A DNA stretch of 64,000 bases from Pseudomonadota bacterium (GTDB taxonomy: Bacteria; Pseudomonadota; Gammaproteobacteria; Burkholderiales; UBA11063): the NCBI GenBank assembly GCA_003962985.1, contig RXKA01000058.1:11051-75050 (forward strand), written 5' to 3'. Under the pieces are notes generated by a model. The model saw only the letters and a program-made list of their open reading frames with translations, searched no databases and was not told the DNA's origin. Each line of letters opens with the position of its first letter. Positions within the stretch are counted from its first letter, which is position 1. Shown piece by piece: positions 33,642 to 43,854 of this stretch. A program made the position numbers and the translations under genes.

Positions 33642-34835
33642 CTATAATTCTTTCCGATAAGTTTTATCTACAATAGTAGCACATACGCCACCGCCTGTGA
33701 CATTGGTCATAGTCCGCATCATATCCACGATTTTATCAATTCCAATTACCAATGCCAACCCCTCCAATGGTAAACCAACGCTAGTTAATACTACGGTTGC
33801 CATAATTGAGGCAGTACCTGGTACTCCAGCAGTACCAATAGTCGCAATTGCAGCAGTAATAACAATCATTACATACTGTTGCAAACTCAAATCAATACCA
33901 AATACCGTCGCAGTCATGATACAAACGATAGCTGGAAAAATTGCACCACACCCATCCATTTTCATAGTAGCACTTAATGGTGCCACAAACCCAGCAACAC
34001 GCTCACTAACACCAACCCTGTCAACCAATGTTTCCATTGTAACAGGTAACGTACCTAAACTCGATGAGGTAGTAAATGCAGTAATCATAGCAGGCCAAAA
34101 ACGACCAAAAAAGCGAAATGGATTTTGTTTAGCCACTAGCGTAATTAAAATACCATAAATAATAATTTGTAGCGCGCAGGCTAAATAGATGGCAACAATA
34201 AATTTACCTAATGGAATCAAAGTAGCAATCCCATAATGATTACCAACGCCAACTAATAAAGCAAAAATTCCATATGGCGATAAACGAATAATTTTGCGGG
34301 TTATGATAAACATCACTTTAGAAAATTCATCAAAGAAAGTACGAACGGTTTTGCCATTTTCTCCTAATGCAGTTAATCCCAAACCAAACATTACCGCAAA
34401 AACAATTACAGGTATAACCTTACCACTAGAAATCTGACCAATTAAATTACCTGGAATCATATCCAAAAAGGTTTGACTAAGACTTGGTATTTCCCGTGCT
34501 TTAAAATCATCCGCAGCACTCAACATCGATAATCCTGCACCTGGATTGATTAATTTACCAACAGTAATCCCAACAATAGCTGCAATCACAGCGGTGATGA
34601 CAAACCAAAGTAACGTACGACTACCTAAACGTTTAACCAAAGTTATATCATCTAATTTCGCAAAACTCGCAATAATGGTTGAAAATGTCAAAGGAATTAC
34701 AATTAATTGCAATAATTTCAAAAACACATCACCAAATGGAACGATGAAATCCACTGCAACTTGGGGCAATAGCTTACCTGCTACCAATCCTAAAATTAGC
34801 CCTAATAAACACTTATTACCAGACCCTAATTTCAC
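33642..34835 (-). CDS. Dicarboxylate/amino acid:cation symporter (DAACS)
   Basis: AFTTSSSLGTLP, MKMDG and IDKIVDMMRTMTNVTG signature. Confidence 0.93.
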   Translation of the reverse strand: MKLGSGNKCLLGLILGLVAGKLLPQVAVDFIVPFGDVFLKLLQLIVIPLTFSTIIASFAKLDDITLVKRLGSRTLLWFVITAVIAAIVGITVGKLINPGAGLSMLSAADDFKAREIPSLSQTFLDMIPGNLIGQISSGKVIPVIVFAVMFGLGLTALGENGKTVRTFFDEFSKVMFIITRKIIRLSPYGIFALLVGVGNHYGIATLIPLGKFIVAIYLACALQIIIYGILITLVAKQNPFRFFGRFWPAMITAFTTSSSLGTLPVTMETLVDRVGVSERVAGFVAPLSATMKMDGCGAIFPAIVCIMTATVFGIDLSLQQYVMIVITAAIATIGTAGVPGTASIMATVVLTSVGLPLEGLALVIGIDKIVDMMRTMTNVTGGGVCATIVDKTYRKEL

Positions 34836-35009
34836 TGATAACTCCTAACTATGAAATTTAATTTTAAATTAGCACGTATTATAGTATACATAAGAGTTTT
34901 AATCATATCTATCTGTTATCATAAATAATAACTTTCTTCCTTAAAAGAGATGAAATAGTTAAGCAAAGTAATTATGATTATTTATTAGACACAGACAAAC
35001 TACAACTAT

Positions 35010-35948
35010 ATGATAAAATTCGGCTTTAATTATCTGTGTTACTATGTTCCTAATATGAAAAAATTCCTCATTACGACAACCCTCAAGTTATTATCACTGT
35101 TACCTCTGTCTGCAATTCGTGCTATTGGTGCTGCAGTTGGTATCTTGGTACTTAAATTATCCAAAAACAGTTCGCGCCGATTACGTAAAAACTTACTTAT
35201 TACTGGACTTGCGACCGAAGAAAATATTGACCTCATGGTACGTAAGACCGCAGAGGCAATGGGTATGACACTTGCTGAAGCAGCACTAATTGCATGGCAA
35301 AAAAACTATTCACGAATCAATAAGTTATTTGAAGTTGATGAAAGTTTTACAAAAGTCAAACAACTACTAGCATCTGGGCAAAATATTGTTTTCTTAACAC
35401 CCCACATTGGTAATTTTGAGCTAGCAATTAAATACTTTGCCCTCAACCTTCCAATGAATATTAATATTCTCTATAAACCCGAGAAAGATCCAATATTAAA
35501 TGCGATCATGTTAGAAGGTCGTACCGAGCCAAACGTTACCCCTGTTCCAACCAATCGTAAAGGTGTGCTTAGCTTGATGAAACACTTCAAGTCTGGTGGT
35601 ACCATTGGAATTCTTCCTGACAATGTCGCATCGGGTGGCGATGGTGAATGGGTGAAATTTTTCGGACATTATGTATATGCAACTTCATTAGCCGCTAAAA
35701 TCTGTCAAACACCCAATTCTTGTGTAATGTTCGTGCAAAATTTGCGTACTCCGAATGGATTCAAATCACGTTGTATACCATTTAATCCAAGTTCATCAGA
35801 TACCCATAACATTATTCAAGAAATGTATGGTGAAATTGAAAAAATGGTACTTGAGGCACCAGAACAATATTATTGGTCATACGATCGTTTCAGAGACGTA
35901 ACGGGTGCTAAACCAAAACCTAACGATTATCAGGAAATAAACAATTGA
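35010..35948 (+). CDS. Lipid A late acyltransferase-family protein (probable start 35055)
   Basis: LTPHIGNFE catalytic HxxxD/E, ILPDN, VKFFG and PEQYYWSYDRF. Confidence 0.85.
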   Translation: MIKFGFNYLCYYVPNMKKFLITTTLKLLSLLPLSAIRAIGAAVGILVLKLSKNSSRRLRKNLLITGLATEENIDLMVRKTAEAMGMTLAEAALIAWQKNYSRINKLFEVDESFTKVKQLLASGQNIVFLTPHIGNFELAIKYFALNLPMNINILYKPEKDPILNAIMLEGRTEPNVTPVPTNRKGVLSLMKHFKSGGTIGILPDNVASGGDGEWVKFFGHYVYATSLAAKICQTPNSCVMFVQNLRTPNGFKSRCIPFNPSSSDTHNIIQEMYGEIEKMVLEAPEQYYWSYDRFRDVTGAKPKPNDYQEINN

Positions 35949-36844
35949 AAGACATACCTATCAAATTAGGGCTGGGAATTCTGCGCATCTTATCGTGGAT
36001 TCCATTGCCAATTTTAAATAAAATCGGTAGCGGATTAGGCATTGCTTGCTATCATATCTTACGTAGCCGTCGCAACGTGGGTTTAATTAATCTACGTTTA
36101 TGCTTTCCTGATTGGAGTGAAGAACAGCGCCATGAACTTATTAAACAACATTTTAAAGAGTTGTTTATTTCTGGTTTAGCATATGGATTAATTTTTTATG
36201 CAAGTGCCGACAAATTGCGTCGTCTCATTGATATCCGCGGCTTAGAAAACTATAACAATATTCGCGGTAAAGAACCAGTTATCTTACTTGCTCCACATTT
36301 CTTAGCACTTGATATTGGTGCAAATCGTCTCACACTAGAAACCCCTGGGTATAGCGTGTATTCAGCTCAACGTAGCCAATACCTAACAGAACGCATTAAA
36401 GAAGCACGGTTAAGATTTATCAAAGACGGTGGAGGAGAAATTTTCTCACGACAAGAGGGATTACGTACGATCGTACGTAAAATGAAGCAGACAATGATTC
36501 CATTTTATTATCTACCCGACCAAGACATGGACGAAAAAAACTCAGTTTATGTACCATTTTTTGCCCATCCAACCTGCGCAACCTTGGAGACCTTGCCAAA
36601 ACTAGTTCAATTAACCAATGCCAAAATTATCCCAATGGCAACCTACCGCGAAGGTAATAAATATGTAGTAGAATTATCACCAGCATGGGAAAACTATCCA
36701 ACTGGAGATGTTATCAACGATGTTACGATCATGAATCGTTATATTGAAACTATGATTATGAAACAACCAACCCAGTATCTATGGTTACATAAGCGCTTTA
36801 AAACACAACCAAACAAACCACGTGGCGCACTATACAAAAATTAA
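35945..36844 (+). CDS. lpxL: Lipid A lauroyl/acyltransferase
   Basis: LAPHFLALD, YLPDQD, VPFFA and PTQYLWLHKRFKTQP; TTG start overlapping the upstream stop. Confidence 0.85.
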   Translation: MKDIPIKLGLGILRILSWIPLPILNKIGSGLGIACYHILRSRRNVGLINLRLCFPDWSEEQRHELIKQHFKELFISGLAYGLIFYASADKLRRLIDIRGLENYNNIRGKEPVILLAPHFLALDIGANRLTLETPGYSVYSAQRSQYLTERIKEARLRFIKDGGGEIFSRQEGLRTIVRKMKQTMIPFYYLPDQDMDEKNSVYVPFFAHPTCATLETLPKLVQLTNAKIIPMATYREGNKYVVELSPAWENYPTGDVINDVTIMNRYIETMIMKQPTQYLWLHKRFKTQPNKPRGALYKN

Positions 36845-36870
36845 AATTATATTATGGAGGAGGACAAATT

Positions 36871-37548
36871 ATGGCAAAAATACCTTTAGCACCTGAACTA
36901 CGCAAAATACTATTCCCGTACAGTTTAGGAGAAGATATTGGCAATGCCGTATCGCATTGTGTTGGGGCATTTATTGCACTTGGATTAATGATTAGCTTGG
37001 CGTGGATCGCTGGTCGTTATGGCAATGCGATTGACGGACTGGCATTTATCTTTTATGGGATTACAATATTATTTATGTTTGTAATGAGTACGGTATATCA
37101 TTCAATGGTGAATACTACTGCCCGTAAAGTAATGAAGCGGCTCGACCATGTGTCGATATTTGTATTGATTCTTGGTTCTTATACCCCATACGTGTTTAGC
37201 CTATTAAAAACTACCTTAGCGTATTGGATATATGCATTTTTATTTTGTCTAACCGTTCTTGGTATCGTCTTTAAATCATTATACGCTGGGAAATTTAAAA
37301 AAACTAGTACCTTAATCTTTGTATTAATGGGCTGGATGTCAGTATTTTTATTGCCGCAAATTTTAGCTAAATTGCCAACCATGGGGGTAATATTCTTCAT
37401 TTCTAGTGGCATAATTTATACCATCGGCGCGATATTTTATGCCTTGAGTAAATTCAAATACTCGCATATGGTATGGCATATTTTTGTAATCTTTGCCGTG
37501 ATTGCAATGTACTTATCAATAGCATTTTATATCTTACAATATCGCTAA
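36871..37548 (+). CDS. Hemolysin III / PAQR-family membrane protein
   Basis: EDIGNAVSH, STVYHS, RLDHVSIFVLILGSYTP, GWM and HMVWHIFV. Confidence 0.93.
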   Translation: MAKIPLAPELRKILFPYSLGEDIGNAVSHCVGAFIALGLMISLAWIAGRYGNAIDGLAFIFYGITILFMFVMSTVYHSMVNTTARKVMKRLDHVSIFVLILGSYTPYVFSLLKTTLAYWIYAFLFCLTVLGIVFKSLYAGKFKKTSTLIFVLMGWMSVFLLPQILAKLPTMGVIFFISSGIIYTIGAIFYALSKFKYSHMVWHIFVIFAVIAMYLSIAFYILQYR

Positions 37549-37602
37549 TCAAACTAGAAGAATATTGTTAACCACCGCATTCTTAATAGAAAGCCATATA
37601 CT

Positions 37603-39327
37603 ATGAAAAAACTACTTACCTTGTTTATTATATTCTTTTGCCTACTGATTACCAGTTGTAGTACTGGAACTACAGGACAATCGGGTGAAACACTAAACAG
37701 TATAACCAAAAATGAGTCTGGTATCTTAGTTACTGTGGGTAATCATGGCATGATTCAAACCTCCAGTGATAATGGCATTCAGTGGCACACTCAAATTTCA
37801 AATACTAGCAATAACTTAAATGGTGTCGCCTATGGTAATAAACAATTTATTGCCGTTGGGAATAATACAATCTTATCATCAGCAGATGGTACTACATGGA
37901 ATGTCATTAATCAGACATTAAATACCAATTTAGCTGGTATTATCTATAGCCAAGGTAAGTTCATCGCGGTTGGTAATGATAAAACATCTGGCAATGGTGT
38001 AATCTTATCCTCACTAGATGGTAGCACATGGAAAATCGATTATTCCGCAGCAGATATTGGCGCGCTAAAAAGCGTAACATATGGTAATGGTAAATTTATT
38101 GTCGTGGGAATAAGTTCATTATTAACTTCCATCGACAACGGGATTACTTGGACGAAAGCCCAAGTATCAATTTATCCATTATATGGCGTGACATATGGTA
38201 ACAATAAATTTGTTGCGGTTGGCGCACAAGCTGCACATAAAGGTGTTGTGGTTACTTCAGCTGAAGATAATCAATGGACCAATATTAATACCAATTTTGT
38301 ATATGAATTTGAGGCAATTACATACAACGGTACCTTTGTCGCGGTTGGTCAACATGGTGCAGTATATAGTTCAACTGATGGAATAACGTGGAATAAAATT
38401 ATCTCAGGAACAAATGGCTATTTGTATGGTGTCACATCAACAATTGATGGTAAGTTTATTGCAGTGGGTAGTAATAGTACCATAATCAGCTTAAACGTAT
38501 CTGGCAATAACTCATATCATGGCGTGACATATGGCAATGGTAAATTTATTGCAGTTGGTGATAAAGGTCTCCTCAAAACTTCTAATGATGGTATATCGTG
38601 GATAACACAAAATTCCTCAACTCAAAAATCACTCATGGCAGTAGTATCAGGAACCAATTTACCTTATATAGCAGTTGGTACTGCTGGTACGATAGTTATG
38701 TCTCCAGATGGCGTTAATTGGGCGACCCAGTCATCAGGAGTTAGTGAATCCAACCTATTTGCAATTACATATGGGAACAATCAATATGTTGTCGTAGGAC
38801 AAAATGGCGTTATTCTCACATCACCAAATGGTATAACGTGGAATAAGCAGCAAGCAGTAAATAATTCATTATACGGTATAACTTATGCCAATAACCTATT
38901 TGTTGCAGTTGGATTATTTGGCTCCATTTATACTTCGCCAGATGGTTCAATCTGGACACAACAATCGTCGGGAACTGATGCATGGTTGACGGGGATTAGT
39001 GTCAATTCTGATGGTGAATTTGTAGTTGTTGGCATTGATAATAATGGAAACAGCATTTCATTGACTTCACCAGATTGCAGCACGTGGACAACACAAGCCA
39101 ATAATTTAGCGCAATTATACGGTACTACTTACAATGCACCATTAAACTACTATCTAGCGTTTGGTTATGATGGAACGCTGTTAAGTTCTACAAATGGTGC
39201 TGATTGGACGGCATTGTCATCAGGAACCAATGAAGATTTATTTGCTGCAGCAGTCAATGAAAGTGGTAATTCAGTAATAGTTGGCGCTAATCAAACTATC
39301 ATTTATTTTAAGAAACAATATAAATAA
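37603..39327 (+). CDS. BNR/beta-propeller repeat lipoprotein
   Basis: Lipobox LITSC; about 13-14 repeats of V/ITYGNGKF.AVG..G.I..S.DG..W. Confidence 0.85.
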   Translation: MKKLLTLFIIFFCLLITSCSTGTTGQSGETLNSITKNESGILVTVGNHGMIQTSSDNGIQWHTQISNTSNNLNGVAYGNKQFIAVGNNTILSSADGTTWNVINQTLNTNLAGIIYSQGKFIAVGNDKTSGNGVILSSLDGSTWKIDYSAADIGALKSVTYGNGKFIVVGISSLLTSIDNGITWTKAQVSIYPLYGVTYGNNKFVAVGAQAAHKGVVVTSAEDNQWTNINTNFVYEFEAITYNGTFVAVGQHGAVYSSTDGITWNKIISGTNGYLYGVTSTIDGKFIAVGSNSTIISLNVSGNNSYHGVTYGNGKFIAVGDKGLLKTSNDGISWITQNSSTQKSLMAVVSGTNLPYIAVGTAGTIVMSPDGVNWATQSSGVSESNLFAITYGNNQYVVVGQNGVILTSPNGITWNKQQAVNNSLYGITYANNLFVAVGLFGSIYTSPDGSIWTQQSSGTDAWLTGISVNSDGEFVVVGIDNNGNSISLTSPDCSTWTTQANNLAQLYGTTYNAPLNYYLAFGYDGTLLSSTNGADWTALSSGTNEDLFAAAVNESGNSVIVGANQTIIYFKKQYK

Positions 39328-39336
39328 AACCACCTA

Positions 39337-39373
39337 CCCTAGATTAGTGATAGCGCATATTGTTAATCTAGGG
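39337..39373. terminator. Hairpin between convergent genes
   Basis: ccctagatta-N17-taatctaggg, 10-bp inverted repeat. Confidence 0.6.
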
Positions 39374-39384
39374 CTAATTTATAT

Positions 39385-41454
39385 TTATATAAAAAATATA
39401 GCAGTTATCACAAGTACTACCAGCAGCAATGATGGAATTGCTGCAATTTTCACAAATAGATTATCACCATACATAATAAATTTATTTGTTCTACGTGCAA
39501 AATAAAATGCATTAGCAATGAGTAACAGTATCGCTAAATAAAATACTAAATAAATATACTCAATATACATTAAATCTGCTAATACCTTATTTCTCAATGT
39601 TGCATGTGCAAATATTAGAGTAAAAAACATCCCTGTTGTCGCTGATATTAATCGTGGTACATCAAATCTAATATGATCATTTGGTTTTCTTGAAATTGTA
39701 AGTAATGTAATGAATAAAATAACCAAGATGACAATAAATGGCACCATTGTAGTAATTATGCCATTTGCTAAATTAGAATTTACCAGTATATTAAATCTTA
39801 GAGCAGGTAGTTCTAATGCACGATAATTATTTACCGCATCAGACATCTCGATAACGTCACTCATAAAACTAAAATAAGTTCCAGAGATATTCCAATTAGG
39901 AATCACTACTTGCGGATTGATACCATTTGCTTTATTGATATCATGTAATCCACTATAAAACGTAAAATCAGGAACCAATACTATATTTTCTTTATTACTA
40001 GATGGAGCTATTGAAAGCCAAATATTACCGTGTGTAAATGGATATCGACTATAATCAATACTATGTCGAATGTTAATATCAAATGCCCAAGTTGCTATGT
40101 CATAAGTTGGAGTGTGTTTAATATTAATTAATTTCACATTCCCATTTGATGAATCATTTAATCGTACACCAACTAATTCTGATTCACCAATACTATAGCG
40201 CTGCATGATATTACCATGTAAATTTACTTCATAAGAGTCTAAAAATTTGGCACTATTAATCACAATTGAAGTTGGAATTTGGACAAGTGGAGAAATTTTC
40301 TTTAAACTTGCCTCTGATTCAACATTTTTTAGATTGACATTTAATGTTTGTACGTCAGTGATTGCATCACTGGTATTCACATAATATAGATTACTAGAAA
40401 CTAACCAAATAGAAGATATACACAACACAAGTAGCACAGAAGTGATAATTGAGCCAGTCCACAAAAACTTTTTGGTTGATTTCCTAAAGGATATTTTGGT
40501 AATAAAAATCCATGTCAAACTAATAAATAACAAATATGAAAAAATTACTAGTGTTATGTATGGGGCATGGTTAACTGGTCTATCTAAAGATTTTAGATAA
40601 TCAGGTGTATATTCGGCTAGAATAATCCAAGGAACATTACTAAGCTTGTAAATAAGAAAAGTTAAGTCTGTACCATTATTATCAACATGTCGAACACATT
40701 GCTGTGAACAATTTTGACCAAGACTTAAAAAAAGTTTGTTTTCTAGAGATGACTGATTGTTTTGAACATTTAAGCCAAGTAGAGAATATTTCTTTTCATA
40801 TTTATAGATATAATCTCCATTTGAATTTATAATAGTAACATACTGACTACCTAAATTGCTTGCGACAAATTCATCGATAGCAGTCAAATCAATATCTAAA
40901 GCAACAACCCCTATTTTCTGATGTTGCTCATCAAAAAATGGTACGGAATAACTAACCATAAACTCTTTTGATGCACCATCATAATATGGTCTACTCCAGT
41001 TTTTATTGTCTCTAATAACATTATTATACCACTGATTTTGTTCAATATTTATAGAATAATCATAATCATACAGAGAAGACTCCATTAAGCTACCATTATT
41101 TTGCCAGTATATATTTTGGTGTGGCATTGGATAATCTGGTACATAAACTATTCCAATACCCAAGATAGACTTATCTTTATATAACTGTAATCTCTCTATA
41201 TCAGATACAACAAATTTATGATTAGTTATATCTGATGCTATTTTATTAACTATATTTTGTATATTTTGAGATTTTTGAGAAATCAAATTAGCACTAGAAC
41301 TTATCAACGAATCTTGATTATTGAGAATGTTATTCTGCCTGATTTGTCGATCATTAATAATAGTATATATGCTTAATATTACAAACATGATACTTATAAA
41401 TGATAATATGTATAAAAATAACAATGACTTTCTTCTAACTTTCTCAGAGAACAT
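39385..41454 (-). CDS. dCache sensor fused to a prokaryotic pentameric ligand-gated ion channel-like domain
   Basis: TM-dCache (QWY..WSRPYYD..MVSYSVPF..IGVVALDI)-2TM, then a beta-rich domain with Pro-loop-like IDYSRYPF, PNWNI, LRFNILV, and four C-terminal TM helices. Confidence 0.72.
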   Translation of the reverse strand: MFSEKVRRKSLLFLYILSFISIMFVILSIYTIINDRQIRQNNILNNQDSLISSSANLISQKSQNIQNIVNKIASDITNHKFVVSDIERLQLYKDKSILGIGIVYVPDYPMPHQNIYWQNNGSLMESSLYDYDYSINIEQNQWYNNVIRDNKNWSRPYYDGASKEFMVSYSVPFFDEQHQKIGVVALDIDLTAIDEFVASNLGSQYVTIINSNGDYIYKYEKKYSLLGLNVQNNQSSLENKLFLSLGQNCSQQCVRHVDNNGTDLTFLIYKLSNVPWIILAEYTPDYLKSLDRPVNHAPYITLVIFSYLLFISLTWIFITKISFRKSTKKFLWTGSIITSVLLVLCISSIWLVSSNLYYVNTSDAITDVQTLNVNLKNVESEASLKKISPLVQIPTSIVINSAKFLDSYEVNLHGNIMQRYSIGESELVGVRLNDSSNGNVKLINIKHTPTYDIATWAFDINIRHSIDYSRYPFTHGNIWLSIAPSSNKENIVLVPDFTFYSGLHDINKANGINPQVVIPNWNISGTYFSFMSDVIEMSDAVNNYRALELPALRFNILVNSNLANGIITTMVPFIVILVILFITLLTISRKPNDHIRFDVPRLISATTGMFFTLIFAHATLRNKVLADLMYIEYIYLVFYLAILLLIANAFYFARRTNKFIMYGDNLFVKIAAIPSLLLVVLVITAIFFI

Positions 41455-41729
41455 TGATTCATAACCTATAAATATTTATATATTTTTTATTTTCAGCACA
41501 AGATACACTAGATATGTTTCATTTTTAATAAGCTTGGACAATCTCGAAAACCTCCACTTACATACTTAGGAAATAGTCAAATTTGGTATCTCAACTTCGT
41601 CCTATGTCTAGCTGTATTGTCTTCAATGATATCCTATTCAGCAATATATAAGATAGCTAGACACAACATTTATATATAACTAATGCTATTTAACAGATAT
41701 CTACAACAAAATTACAGTAAAATACAAAT

Positions 41730-42590
41730 TTACCTAGCAGAGTTCGCATTCACTAAAATATAGCCGCGGAAAGATTCTCCATCAGTGGTATTCATACTTT
41801 TATAAAGATCATATACTTTTACCCATGTCCAAGGCGCAAAAGCATTCCAAGTATCTAATATTAATACTGAGTCACTGTTTTCATCATAAGCGGCCAATGG
41901 AGAAAAATGACCGCCATTTAGAGCAGACATAACATTTAAGTTATAATTAACAATAATATATTTACTTGGGGTTTCTAGTAATTGTTTCAACAAAACCCGA
42001 AATGCAGCGATATCTGTATCTGTTGAAGTTTTTACATTAATCTTATCCGCTGTCAACCCTTGTAAATTTAGAGCAGTTGTTAATTGATCAAGAGTTACAC
42101 CCACCATATACTCGCCATTCACTTTTTCTCGACCATAGATCACTTCTTTATTTAAATAACCCTTAACATTGTTATTAAAAAAATTGTCTTCTGTCCACGT
42201 AAAATTACCATCAATTACGTTATCTTCTAGAATGTACCATGAACCTGTTTTTGATAGTGGAGGAGTTTTTCCAGTATTTGCATAAACTGTATTTAACATA
42301 ATTACAGCAGACGCTATTCCACAACTTAGAATATTACTTTGTGGACTATAGTGTGTTGATAATGAGTAAAACGCAGTTTTATATTGTGCACTATTAAAAA
42401 TAGCGATTCCTGACTCACTATTGTATGCGGTAACCGCCATCGTATTTGAGTAAGGACTAACTGTAAATTTTGCATAACCATAATCATAAATGGTCGGATT
42501 TGCTTTAGTGCCAGTAGTTGCTGCTTCACCAGACGAACAGCTAGACACTAATATACTACCTAAGAGAGATAAAAATAGTAATTTTTTCAT
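41730..42590 (-). CDS. Phytochelatin synthase-like papain-fold lipoprotein
   Basis: Lipobox LVSSC; QSNILSCGIAS (Cys), GGHFSPLAAYD (His), ILDTW (Asp), MNTTDG..RGYI. Confidence 0.88.
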   Translation of the reverse strand: MKKLLFLSLLGSILVSSCSSGEAATTGTKANPTIYDYGYAKFTVSPYSNTMAVTAYNSESGIAIFNSAQYKTAFYSLSTHYSPQSNILSCGIASAVIMLNTVYANTGKTPPLSKTGSWYILEDNVIDGNFTWTEDNFFNNNVKGYLNKEVIYGREKVNGEYMVGVTLDQLTTALNLQGLTADKINVKTSTDTDIAAFRVLLKQLLETPSKYIIVNYNLNVMSALNGGHFSPLAAYDENSDSVLILDTWNAFAPWTWVKVYDLYKSMNTTDGESFRGYILVNANSAR

Positions 42591-43068
42591 TTGGGAGTCT
42601 TCCTGTGGTTTTGTTAATAATAGATTTAGACATAACTAAATATCAGTGTATCGCGATAGCGTTGTACAAGATATTAAATTCAATTGCTAATTATAACAGA
42701 GTGTTTTAATAGTGTAATATTGATAAAAATATATAGAGACTATTCATATTAATAAAATTCACTAACTTTTATCAATACAATTTAATATCAATATGTTACA
42801 ATGAAAATATACCCAAATAATTATGTTTTTTTGTGCAACAAACTACTATTTAAAAAAATAATAAATTTAATTACTATACCCTAATCAGAGAATCAAATAC
42901 CTCAACTTAATAAATAAGATAGCTATAGTAAATGCACTGTAGAAAAAATAGAATTTACCCTGCCACCTTATTCATATAAATCAAATAATATCAATTCCAA
43001 AATAGAACTATATTTCATCAATACGTGCTGTACCGTTAATCAGATGGTTTACCATACAATCACGGTAT

Positions 43069-43407
43069 ATGAATTACCAATTGTTTTTACCCCAATGTAG
43101 ATACTACAAAGTACGCAACTATTGCGACTACATAATAGTTATTACAAAGCTAACTGAATATTCGCGCCTAATAAAACAGATACAAAAAGTTACTGCTAAA
43201 CAAGGAGTGGTCGCGATAATTAACTACGGTGCTACAGACTATGTAATTATAAAAACTAAAAGGCGTTATCAAGTAGTAAGAATTATCGATAAGATTATTA
43301 ATCACTATCGTTTTTCTGCTAATACTACCCTAATAAAATTTGGTGATGTAGTATTGGTAAATTATTTAATAAAACAATCACTCAATATCAGCAGAAGATT
43401 TAAATAA
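43069..43407 (+). CDS. Hypothetical basic protein
   Basis: 112-aa ORF ending convergently on the XRE gene; no family recognised. Confidence 0.4.
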   Translation: MNYQLFLPQCRYYKVRNYCDYIIVITKLTEYSRLIKQIQKVTAKQGVVAIINYGATDYVIIKTKRRYQVVRIIDKIINHYRFSANTTLIKFGDVVLVNYLIKQSLNISRRFK

Positions 43408-43624
43408 CCGTAGGTTTAAGTAACTCATAAGGTTCACAGTGTAATACTTGTGCTAGTTTTTCAAGAAGTTCAAGACTAATACCACGTTTACCTGCTTCAA
43501 GTAAAGCAACGGTATTACGATGCACATCAAGCAGCTCACTAAGCTTTTCTTGACTGATACCTAGGCGTTGGCGATAACTACGTAAATTAGTCGCAAGAGT
43601 TTGATTGAGTAAATTTGTTTTCAT
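43400..43624 (-). CDS. XRE-family HTH regulator (start probably 43624; ORF track gives 43660)
   Basis: LATNLRSYRQRLGISQEKLSELLDVHRNTVALLEAGKRGISLELLEKLAQVL. Confidence 0.9.
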   Translation of the reverse strand: MKTNLLNQTLATNLRSYRQRLGISQEKLSELLDVHRNTVALLEAGKRGISLELLEKLAQVLHCEPYELLKPTVI

Positions 43625-43657
43625 GTTGTGATTGTATGTTACTAAATTCAAAGATTC

Positions 43658-43692
43658 CATACACTCAAATTGTTACACACTGTAAGTGTATG
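43658..43692. promoter_or_regulatory. Candidate XRE operator
   Basis: catacact-N19-agtgtatg inverted repeat with an inner ttaca-cac-tgtaa, in the divergent region upstream of the XRE gene. Confidence 0.5.
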
Positions 43693-43854
43693 AATAGTAT
43701 AATTATGCCACGCGATAATCGCTATCTCTAGCAAGAGCAGCAATAGTACAATAAATAAAATAAGCGTAACCAAATAGTAATATTATTAATCAAGATTATT
43801 TTAAACCGTCAGATTTAATAAATTAAATTTGACACATTAACAAGAGGAAATAAA

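Noticed and set aside
35010-36844. Tandem lipid A acyltransferase paralogs
   Set aside because: This is a common arrangement in Betaproteobacteria.
41605-41663. 9-bp inverted repeat tgtctagct/agctagaca as a possible MITE
   Set aside because: I saw no second copy in the window and no target-site duplication.
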